Assembly: GCA_902768795.1 (NCBI GenBank)
Contig: CACXMS010000005.1
Location: forward strand, 18,492-82,491
DNA from: an uncultured Eubacteriales bacterium
GTDB lineage: Bacteria; Bacillota; Clostridia; Christensenellales; CAG-138
Direction: 5' to 3'
Length of the DNA stretch: 64,000 bases
This document shows positions 19,443-28,959 of the stretch, in pieces; the first letter of the stretch is position 1; the number at the start of each line of letters is the position of its first letter. The position numbers and the translations under genes were made by a program. The notes beneath the pieces are model-generated. The model saw only the letters and a program-made list of their open reading frames with translations, did not search any database and had not been told where the DNA came from.

Positions 19443-20756
19443 TTACGGCTCGATGCGGCGGCACTCGAGATAATAGCGCTTTTCGTTGGCCTCGCCCATC
19501 GAGAACGTCTTGCGCGGCAGCGCGCCGTCGAACACGACGGTCTGGAACAGCTCGCCCTTCTGCATGGCGGGAAGCAAAAATCCCATCGCGTCCGGCTGCT
19601 TGGAAAGCGACTGCACGACGTCCGCGCCGTGGATGTAATCGACCGAAGCGCCGGGAAGATCCCTTAGGAGCGCGTCGATCGCGTTTTGCAGCGTGCCGAC
19701 CGCAAGCTGCGCCGCGGGATCGGAAACGGTGACCGTTCCCGAAAGTTCCCCGGTCCGGAACGGAATCACGTGCGTTTTTCCGCCCGCGGCAGGCGCGCTG
19801 CCGCCGTAGGTCACGGTTACGCCGCCGTTTTGCGCGCGCATCTTTTCGGCAAGCGCTTCGACGCCGTCCCTGCCGCCCGCGCCGAAGACGACGCGATGGA
19901 TCGGCTCGAACACGATCCCGTCGTCGTGGACGTTTTCGACCTCGACGAGCGCCCAGCGCGCCGGATGCGTTTTCTGCTCCGCTTCGGAAAGCGTCGCCTT
20001 GATCTGTTCCCAGTTCGCCTTGGCGGTCGCAAGACTGTGGTTGCCGTCGCCCATCGCAAAGAGCAGCGGCGCGTGATCGCCGTATCTGGCGGAGAACGCC
20101 GCGGGATCGGTCAGCGCCTGCAATGCGTTCAGAACGGCCGTAATATCGTTGGGATCGTCGACGAGCCAGCCCGAAACGTGCCCGCCGCCGAGCATCAGAT
20201 CGGTGTCGTAAAGCGGCCGGAGTTCGTCCGTTTTTTGCAGCAGCGGCTCGATGACCGTGCGGCCCGGGTCGTCGATCAGAACAAGAATGTGCGGCAGCTC
20301 GACGGGCGCGCCGCTGCGGATCCGAAGTCGCGGAGGAATGCGCGAAACGATCGTCCCCTCGGTCGCGCGGATCAGCGTCGTCGAGCCTCTGTTGTAATCG
20401 TAGCATTCGAGGTCGAGCGCCAGCACAAGCCCGCAGCGCGTGTTGCCGGCGGCAGTTCGACGAACGAGCACAAACCCCTCGGGCAGCGTCTGCAGCACGC
20501 CGCGGTCGAGATAATCGCGCATCTTCCGCCGGATGCCGGCAATGCGTTCGGCCTCGTCCGGTTTGCCGAGGAAAGCCTCGGGCAGGATCAGATCGAGCGT
20601 GGAGGGCGCGTCGCCAACGAATGCGCGGGCGCGCTCCCAGTATTCGGGCTGCGAGGTGTATTGGTCGCACGCAACGACTGCCCATTTCGAAAAATCCGTT
20701 CCCGCCGGGGGAAGCATCACATTCGGCACCAGAACGCCGATGCTGTTTTCAAACAT
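19443..20756 (-). CDS. DUF1015-family protein
   Basis: 437 aa. N-terminal P..G.DFSKWAVVACDQYTSQPEYW region typical of the family as I recall it. 31 nt upstream of lysC. Confidence 0.55.
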   Translation of the reverse strand: MFENSIGVLVPNVMLPPAGTDFSKWAVVACDQYTSQPEYWERARAFVGDAPSTLDLILPEAFLGKPDEAERIAGIRRKMRDYLDRGVLQTLPEGFVLVRRTAAGNTRCGLVLALDLECYDYNRGSTTLIRATEGTIVSRIPPRLRIRSGAPVELPHILVLIDDPGRTVIEPLLQKTDELRPLYDTDLMLGGGHVSGWLVDDPNDITAVLNALQALTDPAAFSARYGDHAPLLFAMGDGNHSLATAKANWEQIKATLSEAEQKTHPARWALVEVENVHDDGIVFEPIHRVVFGAGGRDGVEALAEKMRAQNGGVTVTYGGSAPAAGGKTHVIPFRTGELSGTVTVSDPAAQLAVGTLQNAIDALLRDLPGASVDYIHGADVVQSLSKQPDAMGFLLPAMQKGELFQTVVFDGALPRKTFSMGEANEKRYYLECRRIEP

Positions 20757-20807
20757 AGCCGATCCTCCGATTCTGTATTCCGGGGGCGAAGCGCCCGCCT
20801 CTTTTTT

Positions 20808-20836
20808 ATTATACGAAAGAAACCCGATGTTTGCAA
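20808..20836 (-). promoter_or_regulatory. Putative promoter of the DUF1015-lysC operon
   Basis: On the minus strand: TTGCAA, 17 nt spacer, TATAAT. Confidence 0.55.
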
Positions 20837-21042
20837 GTCTTTTCGGATCCTTGCGTCCGCTTTCCTTTTATTATTATAGTATAATAGGGCGGATCGGACG
20901 CAAAAAAAGCGGGGAAAAGGCGGCTATGTAAAAACCGCTAAAAGGAAAAACATGCTCTGGCAGAAAATGTATAAAATAACGAATATTTGGCATTTTTATG
21001 CAAAGAAAAAAGTAAAAATGAAGAAAAAATTGGACAAAACGC

Positions 21043-21070
21043 TTGCATTTGAAAGAGAACATGGTATTAT
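21043..21070 (+). promoter_or_regulatory. Putative promoter of the Opp-type operon (extended -10)
   Basis: TTGCAT, 16 nt spacer, TGgTATTAT, inside an AT-rich 330-bp region. Leaves a leader of about 140 nt. Confidence 0.5.
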
Positions 21071-21218
21071 ATTGCATATATTATTTATCCCAAGGCAAAT
21101 ATACCGTTTTGCGGGAAATGCCGAAGGACGGATCCGAAAGGGATATGCCGATACGAAAAAAACGTGTCGATATATGAATAGGTAGAAAATACCGATGAAA
21201 AAACAGGAGGAAAAAAAC

Positions 21219-23354
21219 ATGAAGAAAATCATTGCTCTCGTGCTGGCAATGGTCATGGCTTTGGGCGTATTTGCCTGCACAAAGCCCGCTGTTACCACGG
21301 ATGAGCCGACGATCGAGACCCCGACCGCCGCTCCGAAGACCGATGACGAGCCCGTAGTGCCCGAAGTGCAGTATGAGCGCGGCGACGATGAAGAGCGTTA
21401 TGCGGCGGCCCTCGGCGATTACACCGAGCTTTATGCGAAGGCGAAAGCTGAGACGACCGATCTGAACAAGCGCTTCAACCTGATGGCGCAGGCGGAAGCT
21501 CTGCTCCTCGAGTCCGCGGTCATGATCCCGACCACGACCCAGGGCGGTGCTTACCAGATCTCCCGTATTGCCTACAGAACCGTTCCGTATGTTCAGTGGG
21601 GCAATGACGACGATCGTCTGAAGGGTCTTGTCATCTCTGACGAGTTCATCACCAAGGAAGAGCGTGAAGAGCTGATCGCGGCTTGGAACGCGGCGGTTCT
21701 CGGCGAAGCGGCTTATGATCCTGCTGCGATCCTGACCGGGAAGGGCCACACCATCCAGAACACCTACACCACGACGTTCGCCACCGCGCCGGTTACCATC
21801 GACTGGCTGAACACTTCTTCTCAGTCCGATACCGAAATCACGGTGAACTGCGTTGACGGCCTCGTTGAGTACAACAACCTCGGCCAGATGATGCCGGCTC
21901 TCGCGGAGTCCTGGGAGATCTCCGAAGACGGTCTGACCTACACCTTCAAGATTCGTCCGAACGTTTACTGGTACACCTCTGAGGGTGCCGAGTATGCGGC
22001 GGTTACGGCGAACGACTTTGTCGCGGGCTTCCATCACATGCTGGACACGCAGGCCGGTCTGGAGTGGCTGGTTGAAGGCGTTGTCAAGGGCGCGCACGAG
22101 TATCTCGGCGGCGGCAGCTGGGACGAAGTCGGTTACAAAGCGGAAGATGACAGCACGCTGGTTGTCACCCTCGAGCAGCCGACCTCTTACTTCCTGACCA
22201 TGCTGACCTATTCCTGCTTCCTGCCGATCTGCGATTCGTTCTATCAGGCGAACGGCGGTGTCTACGGCATTGCGGAATATGCGGCTGCGTCTGCTGACAC
22301 GAACACCTACACCTACGGCAAGTCCGAGGACGTCGCTTCCCAGGTTTACTGCGGACCGTTCCTCCTCCAGAAGCTGCAGAAGGATTCCGAGATCTTCATC
22401 GTGAAGAACCCGAACTACTACAAAGTTGACGAAGTCAAGCTCGAATCCGTCAAGTGGGTTGCGGACGGCGGTGAGAACCCCGACGCGCTCTACAAGGATT
22501 GCGTTGACGGCGTCTATGCGGCAATCGCTCTGACCGAATCCACCGGCTTGCTCGCCAAGGCGAAGGAAGACGGCAACTTCGATAAGTACAGCTACATCAG
22601 CGACACGACTTCCACCTCTTACTTCGGCGGTCTGAACCTCAACCGCGGCACGTTCGCTCTTGAGTCCGGCGCAGTTGCCTCCCCGAAGACGGAGCAGCAG
22701 AAGATCGACACCAACACCGCTCTCCAGAACAAGAACTTCCGCAAAGCGCTGCAGTTCGCGTTCGACAAGGGCACGTACAATGCGGTTTCCCGTGGCGAAG
22801 ATCTGAAGTACACGAACCTCCGCAACATGTACACGCACCCGAACTTCGTCCAGCTCGACGCTGAATACACCGACGAGAACGGCAAGACCTTCCCGGCGGG
22901 CACGATGTACGGTGAAATGGTTCAGTACTACCTCGAGCAGCTCGGCAGCCCGATCAAGGTTGCTGACGGTATCGACGGTTGGTTCAATCCGGAAGCCGCT
23001 CTGGCCGCTCTCGAAGCTGCCAAGGAAGAGCTCGGTGATTCCGTGACCTGGCCGATCTACATCGACAATGTCTACTACTCCGCTTCCGACGCGCAGGTCG
23101 CGCAGGCGAACGCTTACAAGCAGGTTATCGAGAACACGCTCGGTTCCGAGAACGTCGTCGTCAACCTCGTTGAAGCGACGACCCGTGAAGACTTCTATGC
23201 TTGCGGTTATCGTGCTTCCAACGGTGAGGCGGGCAACTTCGATATGTTCTACGGCTCCGGCTGGGGTCCCGACTACGGCGATCCGTCGACCTACCTCGAC
23301 ACGTTCCTCGGCGAAGGCGCGGGCTACATGACCAAGGTCATCGGCTTGTTCTGA
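21219..23354 (+). CDS. ABC transporter substrate-binding lipoprotein, peptide/nickel (family 5), unusually long (~711 aa)
   Basis: Lipobox LGVFAC. SBP family 5 features. First gene of a 5-gene ABC operon. AGGAGG RBS. Confidence 0.8.
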   Translation: MKKIIALVLAMVMALGVFACTKPAVTTDEPTIETPTAAPKTDDEPVVPEVQYERGDDEERYAAALGDYTELYAKAKAETTDLNKRFNLMAQAEALLLESAVMIPTTTQGGAYQISRIAYRTVPYVQWGNDDDRLKGLVISDEFITKEEREELIAAWNAAVLGEAAYDPAAILTGKGHTIQNTYTTTFATAPVTIDWLNTSSQSDTEITVNCVDGLVEYNNLGQMMPALAESWEISEDGLTYTFKIRPNVYWYTSEGAEYAAVTANDFVAGFHHMLDTQAGLEWLVEGVVKGAHEYLGGGSWDEVGYKAEDDSTLVVTLEQPTSYFLTMLTYSCFLPICDSFYQANGGVYGIAEYAAASADTNTYTYGKSEDVASQVYCGPFLLQKLQKDSEIFIVKNPNYYKVDEVKLESVKWVADGGENPDALYKDCVDGVYAAIALTESTGLLAKAKEDGNFDKYSYISDTTSTSYFGGLNLNRGTFALESGAVASPKTEQQKIDTNTALQNKNFRKALQFAFDKGTYNAVSRGEDLKYTNLRNMYTHPNFVQLDAEYTDENGKTFPAGTMYGEMVQYYLEQLGSPIKVADGIDGWFNPEAALAALEAAKEELGDSVTWPIYIDNVYYSASDAQVAQANAYKQVIENTLGSENVVVNLVEATTREDFYACGYRASNGEAGNFDMFYGSGWGPDYGDPSTYLDTFLGEGAGYMTKVIGLF

Positions 23355-23386
23355 TCGATTTCAACGGAACAAAGTTCTGAGTCTCA

Positions 23387-23421
23387 CGCATAGGAGGAGG
23401 ATCTCCTCCTATGCGTTTCTT
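23387..23421 (+). terminator. Intra-operon hairpin (attenuator or partial terminator) after the SBP gene
   Basis: Perfect 13-bp stem cgcataggaggag-gatc-ctcctcctatgcg followed by tttctt. Confidence 0.6.
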
Positions 23422-23576
23422 GAAATTTTAACAATATACGATTTTACGGCATTTTTGAATCCGAATGCAAAGGAAGTTCCGCACGGTTCCGGTCGAACCG
23501 TATCGAAGTTCCTTTGCAAAGAAAAAATCTACAAGAGAGGAAGGGTAAGGGGGAACCTTATTCGCATGGGAAAACG

Positions 23577-25160
23577 ATGAAAAAGTACATGCTGAAAAGA
23601 ATCCTGTTCTCGATCTTCTCGCTCCTCGTCGTCGTGATGGTGGTTATGTTCCTGGTGTACACCTGCATCAACCGCAGCGTAATCTTCCAGACGGACGACG
23701 TGTGGAACAAGAAGAACCTGAACGACCGCTCAATGTATGAATACATTCAGTACCAGAAGTACGGATACCTCGATTTCACGGATTACACGCAGTTCCTTGC
23801 TGCGAAGTATTCCGCAATCTACGGTGATTCGTACAGCACGGAGAGTGATTTCATCCGGGATAAAGCGGCCATTCAGAACGCAGAGACGTTCCAGGACAAC
23901 GAATCCGTGAAGGAGTTTGCCAAACAATACGCGGCAAAGGGGTATAAGCTCACGTACCTTGCGCCGGTTACGTTCAAATCCGGCAAAGTCAAACCCGGCG
24001 GAACGGGATACCTGATCGCGGAGCGGGAGCGCAGCGTATTCCTTCGTCTGTGGGACTATCTGAAGGGGTTCTTTACGGTGGAAACGATCAACGACGTGCA
24101 GGATCCGGAGCTGGTCGATCGCTATGTGCGCTTCGAGAAGGATCCGTATTCCGGCTTGTTTGCGATCGTGGGGTCCGGTACGCACCATAAGTACCTGCTG
24201 TACTTTGACGGACGTTTCCCGTTCATCCATCAGAACTGGATCCACCTGAACCTCGGCACCTCTTATACGACCTATCGCGGCCAGGAGATCACCGACGTTA
24301 TGAACAACCCGACCGGCGAGCTCAAGACGGTGCGGACGCAGTACCCGAACCAGATCGGAACGGACGAGTACGTTGAAACGGCGATCAATTTCCATTCGCT
24401 GCGCTATAACACCGGCGTTGTCAGCGAAGCCGACAAGAAGCTGTTCCCCGATAAGTACACGGTAATCAGCTATAACCGCGACGGTCTTTCGATTCTCGAA
24501 ACCTCGTTCGTGATCGGCCTTTTGGCGACCATACTGCAATACTTCCTCGGCGTGCCGCTCGGCATCTGGATGGCGCGGCATAAGGACGGCATCGGCGACA
24601 AGCTCGGCAACGCGTACATCATCTTCGTTATGGCGGTTCCGGGCCTGGCGTACATCTTCATGTTCTCCGCGTTTGCGACGACGGCGTTCAACCTGCCGTA
24701 TAAGTTTGCGAACGCCGAGGTCAAGGTGCTGGCCTATGTCATGCCGACGATCTCGCTGGCACTGCCGTGGATCGGCGGCCTGATGAAGTGGACGCGCCGC
24801 TACATGATCGATCAGATGAACTCCGATTACGTCAAGTTTGCGCGGGCGGAGGGTCTGTCGGAGCGTGAAATCTACAGTCAGCACATTTCGCGCAACGCGG
24901 TCATTCCGATCGTGCACGGCATTCCGGCAAACATTCTCGCCTGTCTGACCGGCGCGCTGATCACCGAGCGTGTGTACGGCGTTCCGGGCGTCGGCAACCT
25001 GCTCGTAACCGCTCTGAACCAGCACGATAACGGCGTTATCGTTGCCGTTACGGTGTTCTATACGACCCTGTCGATTATCGCATTGATTCTCGGCGACGTG
25101 CTGCTTGCCGCGTATGATCCGCGGATCAAGCTGTCCGGAGAAGGAGGTGGCGGAAGATGA
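23577..25160 (+). CDS. ABC transporter permease (OppB/DppB-like) with a large extracytoplasmic loop after TM1
   Basis: TM1 at aa 9-31, then about 260 hydrophilic residues, then the BPD-transporter core (EAA-like motif ...DYVKFARAEGLSE...). Start codon is less certain. Confidence 0.8.
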   Translation: MKKYMLKRILFSIFSLLVVVMVVMFLVYTCINRSVIFQTDDVWNKKNLNDRSMYEYIQYQKYGYLDFTDYTQFLAAKYSAIYGDSYSTESDFIRDKAAIQNAETFQDNESVKEFAKQYAAKGYKLTYLAPVTFKSGKVKPGGTGYLIAERERSVFLRLWDYLKGFFTVETINDVQDPELVDRYVRFEKDPYSGLFAIVGSGTHHKYLLYFDGRFPFIHQNWIHLNLGTSYTTYRGQEITDVMNNPTGELKTVRTQYPNQIGTDEYVETAINFHSLRYNTGVVSEADKKLFPDKYTVISYNRDGLSILETSFVIGLLATILQYFLGVPLGIWMARHKDGIGDKLGNAYIIFVMAVPGLAYIFMFSAFATTAFNLPYKFANAEVKVLAYVMPTISLALPWIGGLMKWTRRYMIDQMNSDYVKFARAEGLSEREIYSQHISRNAVIPIVHGIPANILACLTGALITERVYGVPGVGNLLVTALNQHDNGVIVAVTVFYTTLSIIALILGDVLLAAYDPRIKLSGEGGGGR

Positions 25161-26128
25161 CGAACGAACCCGTGGTGAACAACATGGATAAGAACGATAA
25201 ATTTGTCATTATCGGCAACGATGCGATCTCCTCGGAGAAAATCATCGCGCCGCGCTACTCCTACTGGAAATCGGTGGCCCGCGTGTTCTTCCGCAAGAAG
25301 ATCAATATCTTCCTGATCGTGGGCTTCATCCTGATCATGCTCTCCTCGTTCATCGTACCGCTGTTCTGCCCGTACGACGCAATGGAGAACGTGACGAACG
25401 CCGCGACGTTCAACCTGAGCCCGAAGAAGGCGATGGAGTATTTCGGCGGATTCTCCTTCAAGTGGCTTCTCGGCACCGGCGCGCAGGGCAACTCGATCTT
25501 CTACGGTCTGTTCTCCTCGGCGAGAACGTCGCTGCTGCTGGCGATCATCTGCGCGGCGATCAATATGACCGTCGGCATCATCATGGGCGCGATCTGGGGC
25601 TATTCGAAGAAGTTTGACGCGGTCATGCTCGTCATCTACAACATTGTGGCGAACGTACCGTATCTGCTGCTCGTTTCGGTGCTTGTGTACATCGTCGGGT
25701 CGGGCTTCGGCAGCTTCATCTTTGCGCTGACGATCACCGGATGGCTCGGCATCGCGTACTTCTTCCGTACGCAGGTCATGATCATCCGCGACCGCGAGTA
25801 TTCGCTCGCGTCCCGCTGCCTCGGCACACCGATTCCGCGCGTGGTTTCGAAGAACATTCTTCCGTTCCTCACGTCGGTCATCGTAACGCTGCTGGCGACC
25901 GAGCTGCCGGCCTACATCTCGATGGAAGTGTACCTTTCCTTCATCGGCATCGGCCTTTCCGCCACGGTTCCGTCGCTCGGCCGCATGATCTCGTCGGCGC
26001 AGACCGCGTTCCGCTCGTTCCCGTGGGAATTCTGGCCGCCGGTCGTCGTTGCGTCGCTCGTAACGATCATCCTGTACCTCTTGGGTCAGAACCTCGCGGA
26101 CGCGACTGACCCGAGAACGCATATGTAA
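25157..26128 (+). CDS. ABC transporter permease (OppC/DppC-like)
   Basis: ATGA overlap with the upstream gene. Six predicted TM segments. REYSLASRCLG EAA-like loop. Confidence 0.8.
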   Translation: MTNEPVVNNMDKNDKFVIIGNDAISSEKIIAPRYSYWKSVARVFFRKKINIFLIVGFILIMLSSFIVPLFCPYDAMENVTNAATFNLSPKKAMEYFGGFSFKWLLGTGAQGNSIFYGLFSSARTSLLLAIICAAINMTVGIIMGAIWGYSKKFDAVMLVIYNIVANVPYLLLVSVLVYIVGSGFGSFIFALTITGWLGIAYFFRTQVMIIRDREYSLASRCLGTPIPRVVSKNILPFLTSVIVTLLATELPAYISMEVYLSFIGIGLSATVPSLGRMISSAQTAFRSFPWEFWPPVVVASLVTIILYLLGQNLADATDPRTHM

Positions 26129-26141
26129 GGAGGGGACCGCT

Positions 26142-27941
26142 ATGGAACAAAAGGAAAGAAAAGTCCTTCTCTCGCTGAAAAACGTCGAAGTCAAGTTCAA
26201 CGTGCGCGGCCGTATCCTGACGGCGATCCGCAACGTTTCGCTGGACATTTATGAAAACGAGTCGATCGCGATCGTCGGCGAATCCGGCTCCGGCAAATCG
26301 GTTCTGACGAAGACGTTTGCGGGCATGCTTGAAACGAACGGCTTCATCTCAAACGGCAGCATCATTCTCGCGGACGACGAGATCGCCGAAACGCATGTCT
26401 CCCTGAACGGACACAACAAGGCGCTGAAGCGCTATTGCGTGCGGATGCTGAACAAGCTGTCCGTGCTGGAGCGCGGCGCCGCGGAGTACAACCGGTATCA
26501 GGAAAAGCTGCGCGAGATCCGGGCGAAGCAGGCGCTGAGCCAGGATGAGGAAGCGGATTACTCCACCCGCATCAAGACCCTGTCCGACGATATCGTCGAC
26601 AAGAACAACTTTCTCCAGACGCTTGATTCCAAGAGCCGGGAGGATGCGCCGCTGATTGAAAAGACCAAGGCGGACATGAAGGAATTCGCCGCGCAGCGCG
26701 AAACGCTGATCCGTCAGCGCAATACGATCATCAAGGATCGCAAGGCCTCGTATTCCGCGGACGCGGAGCAGCGGGCGGCCGATCAGGCCGAACTGGCTGC
26801 GCTGAAGAAGAAGCGCGCGGAGAAGATTGCCGCTGCGGACGTGGAAGGCAATCCGAACGGCCTGTCCGACGAAGTTCTGAAGCGGAACGACAAAATCGCC
26901 AACGAGATCGTTCTTTCGATTGCGCGTTATTCGATGCGGATGCAGGTGCAGTTTTTGATCAAGCTCCGCAAGGCGTTCCGTCTGGCGATGAAGACCGGCG
27001 AGAACCTTGAGGACGATACCGTTCTGAACAAAATCTTTGAGGTCGCCGTGTTCCGCGTGGAATTCCGCGCGTATCACGAGGATAAGAACGAGCTTGAGGG
27101 CTATGCGATTGTCGACTGTTCGAAGGTCAAGTACACGAAGGACTGGCAGCAGATCCGCGGACGAAGGATCGCGACGGTCTTCCAGGATCCGATGACCTCG
27201 CTGAACCCGGTCATTCCGATCGGCAAACAGATCATGATGGTCATCCTGAAGCATCAGAAGTGCTCGAACGAGGAGGCAAAGCGCCGCACGCTCGACATCA
27301 TGGCGAAGGTCGGCATCCCCGAACCGGAGAAGCGGTTCAACGATTATCCGTTCGAGTATTCCGGCGGCATGCGCCAGCGTATCGTCATTGCGATCGCGCT
27401 TTCGTGCCAGCCGAAGATCCTGATCTGCGACGAACCGACGACCGCGCTGGACGTTACGATCCAGGCGCAGATCATCAAGCTGATCAAGGACCTGCAGCAC
27501 GACCTCGGCTTCACGACCGTTTACATCACGCACGACCTCGGCGTCGTTGCGAACGTTGCGGAGCGCGTCGCGGTGCTGTACGCGGGTCAGATCGTCGAGC
27601 TCGGCATGGTTGAGGAAATCTTCTACGATCCGCGGCATCCGTACACATGGGCGTTGCTGTCGTCTCTGCCGCAGCTTTGCGAGCGCGGAACGGATCTCTT
27701 CTCGATTCCGGGCACGCCGCCGTCCCTGTACAACAAGATCGTCGGAGACGCGTTTGCGCCGCGCAACCGCTACGCAATGCAGATCGACCTCGAGGAAGAA
27801 CCGCCGATGTTCCAGATCAGCGAAACGCATTTTGCGAAGACGTGGCTGCTTGACCCGCGCGCGCCGAAGGTCGAAATCCCGACAAACATTCAGAACCTGC
27901 ATGAAAAGATGCTGCGGACGAATGTGAAGTTCGAAGTGTAA
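26142..27941 (+). CDS. ABC transporter ATP-binding protein (OppD-like) with a ~255-aa insertion
   Basis: Walker A GESGSGKS, then a long charged insertion, then [10 protein letters not shown], signature YSGGMRQR and Walker [13 protein letters not shown]. Confidence 0.85.
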   Translation: MEQKERKVLLSLKNVEVKFNVRGRILTAIRNVSLDIYENESIAIVGESGSGKSVLTKTFAGMLETNGFISNGSIILADDEIAETHVSLNGHNKALKRYCVRMLNKLSVLERGAAEYNRYQEKLREIRAKQALSQDEEADYSTRIKTLSDDIVDKNNFLQTLDSKSREDAPLIEKTKADMKEFAAQRETLIRQRNTIIKDRKASYSADAEQRAADQAELAALKKKRAEKIAAADVEGNPNGLSDEVLKRNDKIANEIVLSIARYSMRMQVQFLIKLRKAFRLAMKTGENLEDDTVLNKIFEVAVFRVEFRAYHEDKNELEGYAIVDCSKVKYTKDWQQIRGRRIATVFQDPMTSLNPVIPIGKQIMMVILKHQKCSNEEAKRRTLDIMAKVGIPEPEKRFNDYPFEYSGGMRQRIVIAIALSCQPKILICDEPTTALDVTIQAQIIKLIKDLQHDLGFTTVYITHDLGVVANVAERVAVLYAGQIVELGMVEEIFYDPRHPYTWALLSSLPQLCERGTDLFSIPGTPPSLYNKIVGDAFAPRNRYAMQIDLEEEPPMFQISETHFAKTWLLDPRAPKVEIPTNIQNLHEKMLRTNVKFEV

Positions 27942-27951
27942 GGAGGCCGGT

Positions 27952-28905
27952 ATGGAACAGAAGAAACAAGAAGTCCTGCTGTCGATCCAGAACCTGGACG
28001 TCGTTTTCGGCAGAGGCAAAAAAGCGTTCAAGGCCGTCGATAACGTCAGCTTCGATATCTATAAGGGCGAGACTCTGTCGCTGGTCGGCGAGTCCGGCTC
28101 CGGCAAGACCACGATCGGCCGCGCGATCATCCGCATCAATCCCTGCTCTTCGGGTACGATCTATTACAACGGCAAGCGCATCTCCGGCAAGCTCTCCCGC
28201 AAGGACGACCGCGAGGTCATCCGCAAGATTCAGATGATCTTCCAGGACCCCGCCGCATCGCTGAACGAGCGCGCCACGATCGAGTACATCATCTCGGAGG
28301 GCCTGTATAACTTCCATCTCTATAAGGATGAGAAGGACCGCATGGCGAAGGTCGAGCAGATCACGAAGGAAGTCGGCCTGCTGCCCGAGCATCTGACCCG
28401 GTACCCGCACGAGTTCTCCGGCGGCCAGCGGCAGCGCGTCGGTCTGGCGCGGTCGATCGTCATGGAACCGGAATTCGTGATTGCGGATGAACCGATCTCC
28501 GCGCTCGACGTTTCGATCCGCGCGCAGGTTCTGAACCTGCTGAAGAAGTTCCAGCAGGAGCGCGGCCTGACGTATCTGTTCATCGCGCATGACCTTTCGA
28601 TCGTCCGCTTCATCAGCGACCGCATCGTCGTCATCTATAAGGGCCGCATCATGGAGATTGCGGAGAGCGAGGAGCTGTTCCGCTATCCGCTGCACCCGTA
28701 CACGAAGTCGCTGATGTCGGCGATTCCCGTTCCCGATCCGAAGATCGAGAAGACGAAGCAGCTGTTCGTTTACAACCCGTCCGAGATGCACGATTACTCG
28801 GTCGAAAAGCCCGAGCTTGTCGATCTCGGCAACGGACACATGGTGTTCGGCAGTCCGACGGAGATCGAGAAGTACAGGAAGATCCGCTTTGCGGAGCAAA
28901 ATTAA
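27952..28905 (+). CDS. ABC transporter ATP-binding protein (OppF-like)
   Basis: [16 protein letters not shown] and [12 protein letters not shown] motifs. 317 aa. Confidence 0.9.
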   Translation: MEQKKQEVLLSIQNLDVVFGRGKKAFKAVDNVSFDIYKGETLSLVGESGSGKTTIGRAIIRINPCSSGTIYYNGKRISGKLSRKDDREVIRKIQMIFQDPAASLNERATIEYIISEGLYNFHLYKDEKDRMAKVEQITKEVGLLPEHLTRYPHEFSGGQRQRVGLARSIVMEPEFVIADEPISALDVSIRAQVLNLLKKFQQERGLTYLFIAHDLSIVRFISDRIVVIYKGRIMEIAESEELFRYPLHPYTKSLMSAIPVPDPKIEKTKQLFVYNPSEMHDYSVEKPELVDLGNGHMVFGSPTEIEKYRKIRFAEQN

Positions 28906-28918
28906 ACTGAACGGAAAA

Positions 28919-28949
28919 AGCAGCCTGTCCCGGGATGGGCTGCTTTTTT
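28919..28949 (+). terminator. Intrinsic terminator after the ABC operon
   Basis: gcagcc...ggctgc stem followed by TTTTTT. Confidence 0.6.
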
Positions 28950-28959
28950 GGAGAGAAGC

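Noticed and set aside
19396-20685. A 429-aa alternative-frame ORF on the same strand as the DUF1015 gene.
   Set aside because: The translation is extremely Arg-rich (RRRARR runs). The DUF1015 frame has normal composition, an RBS and a promoter.
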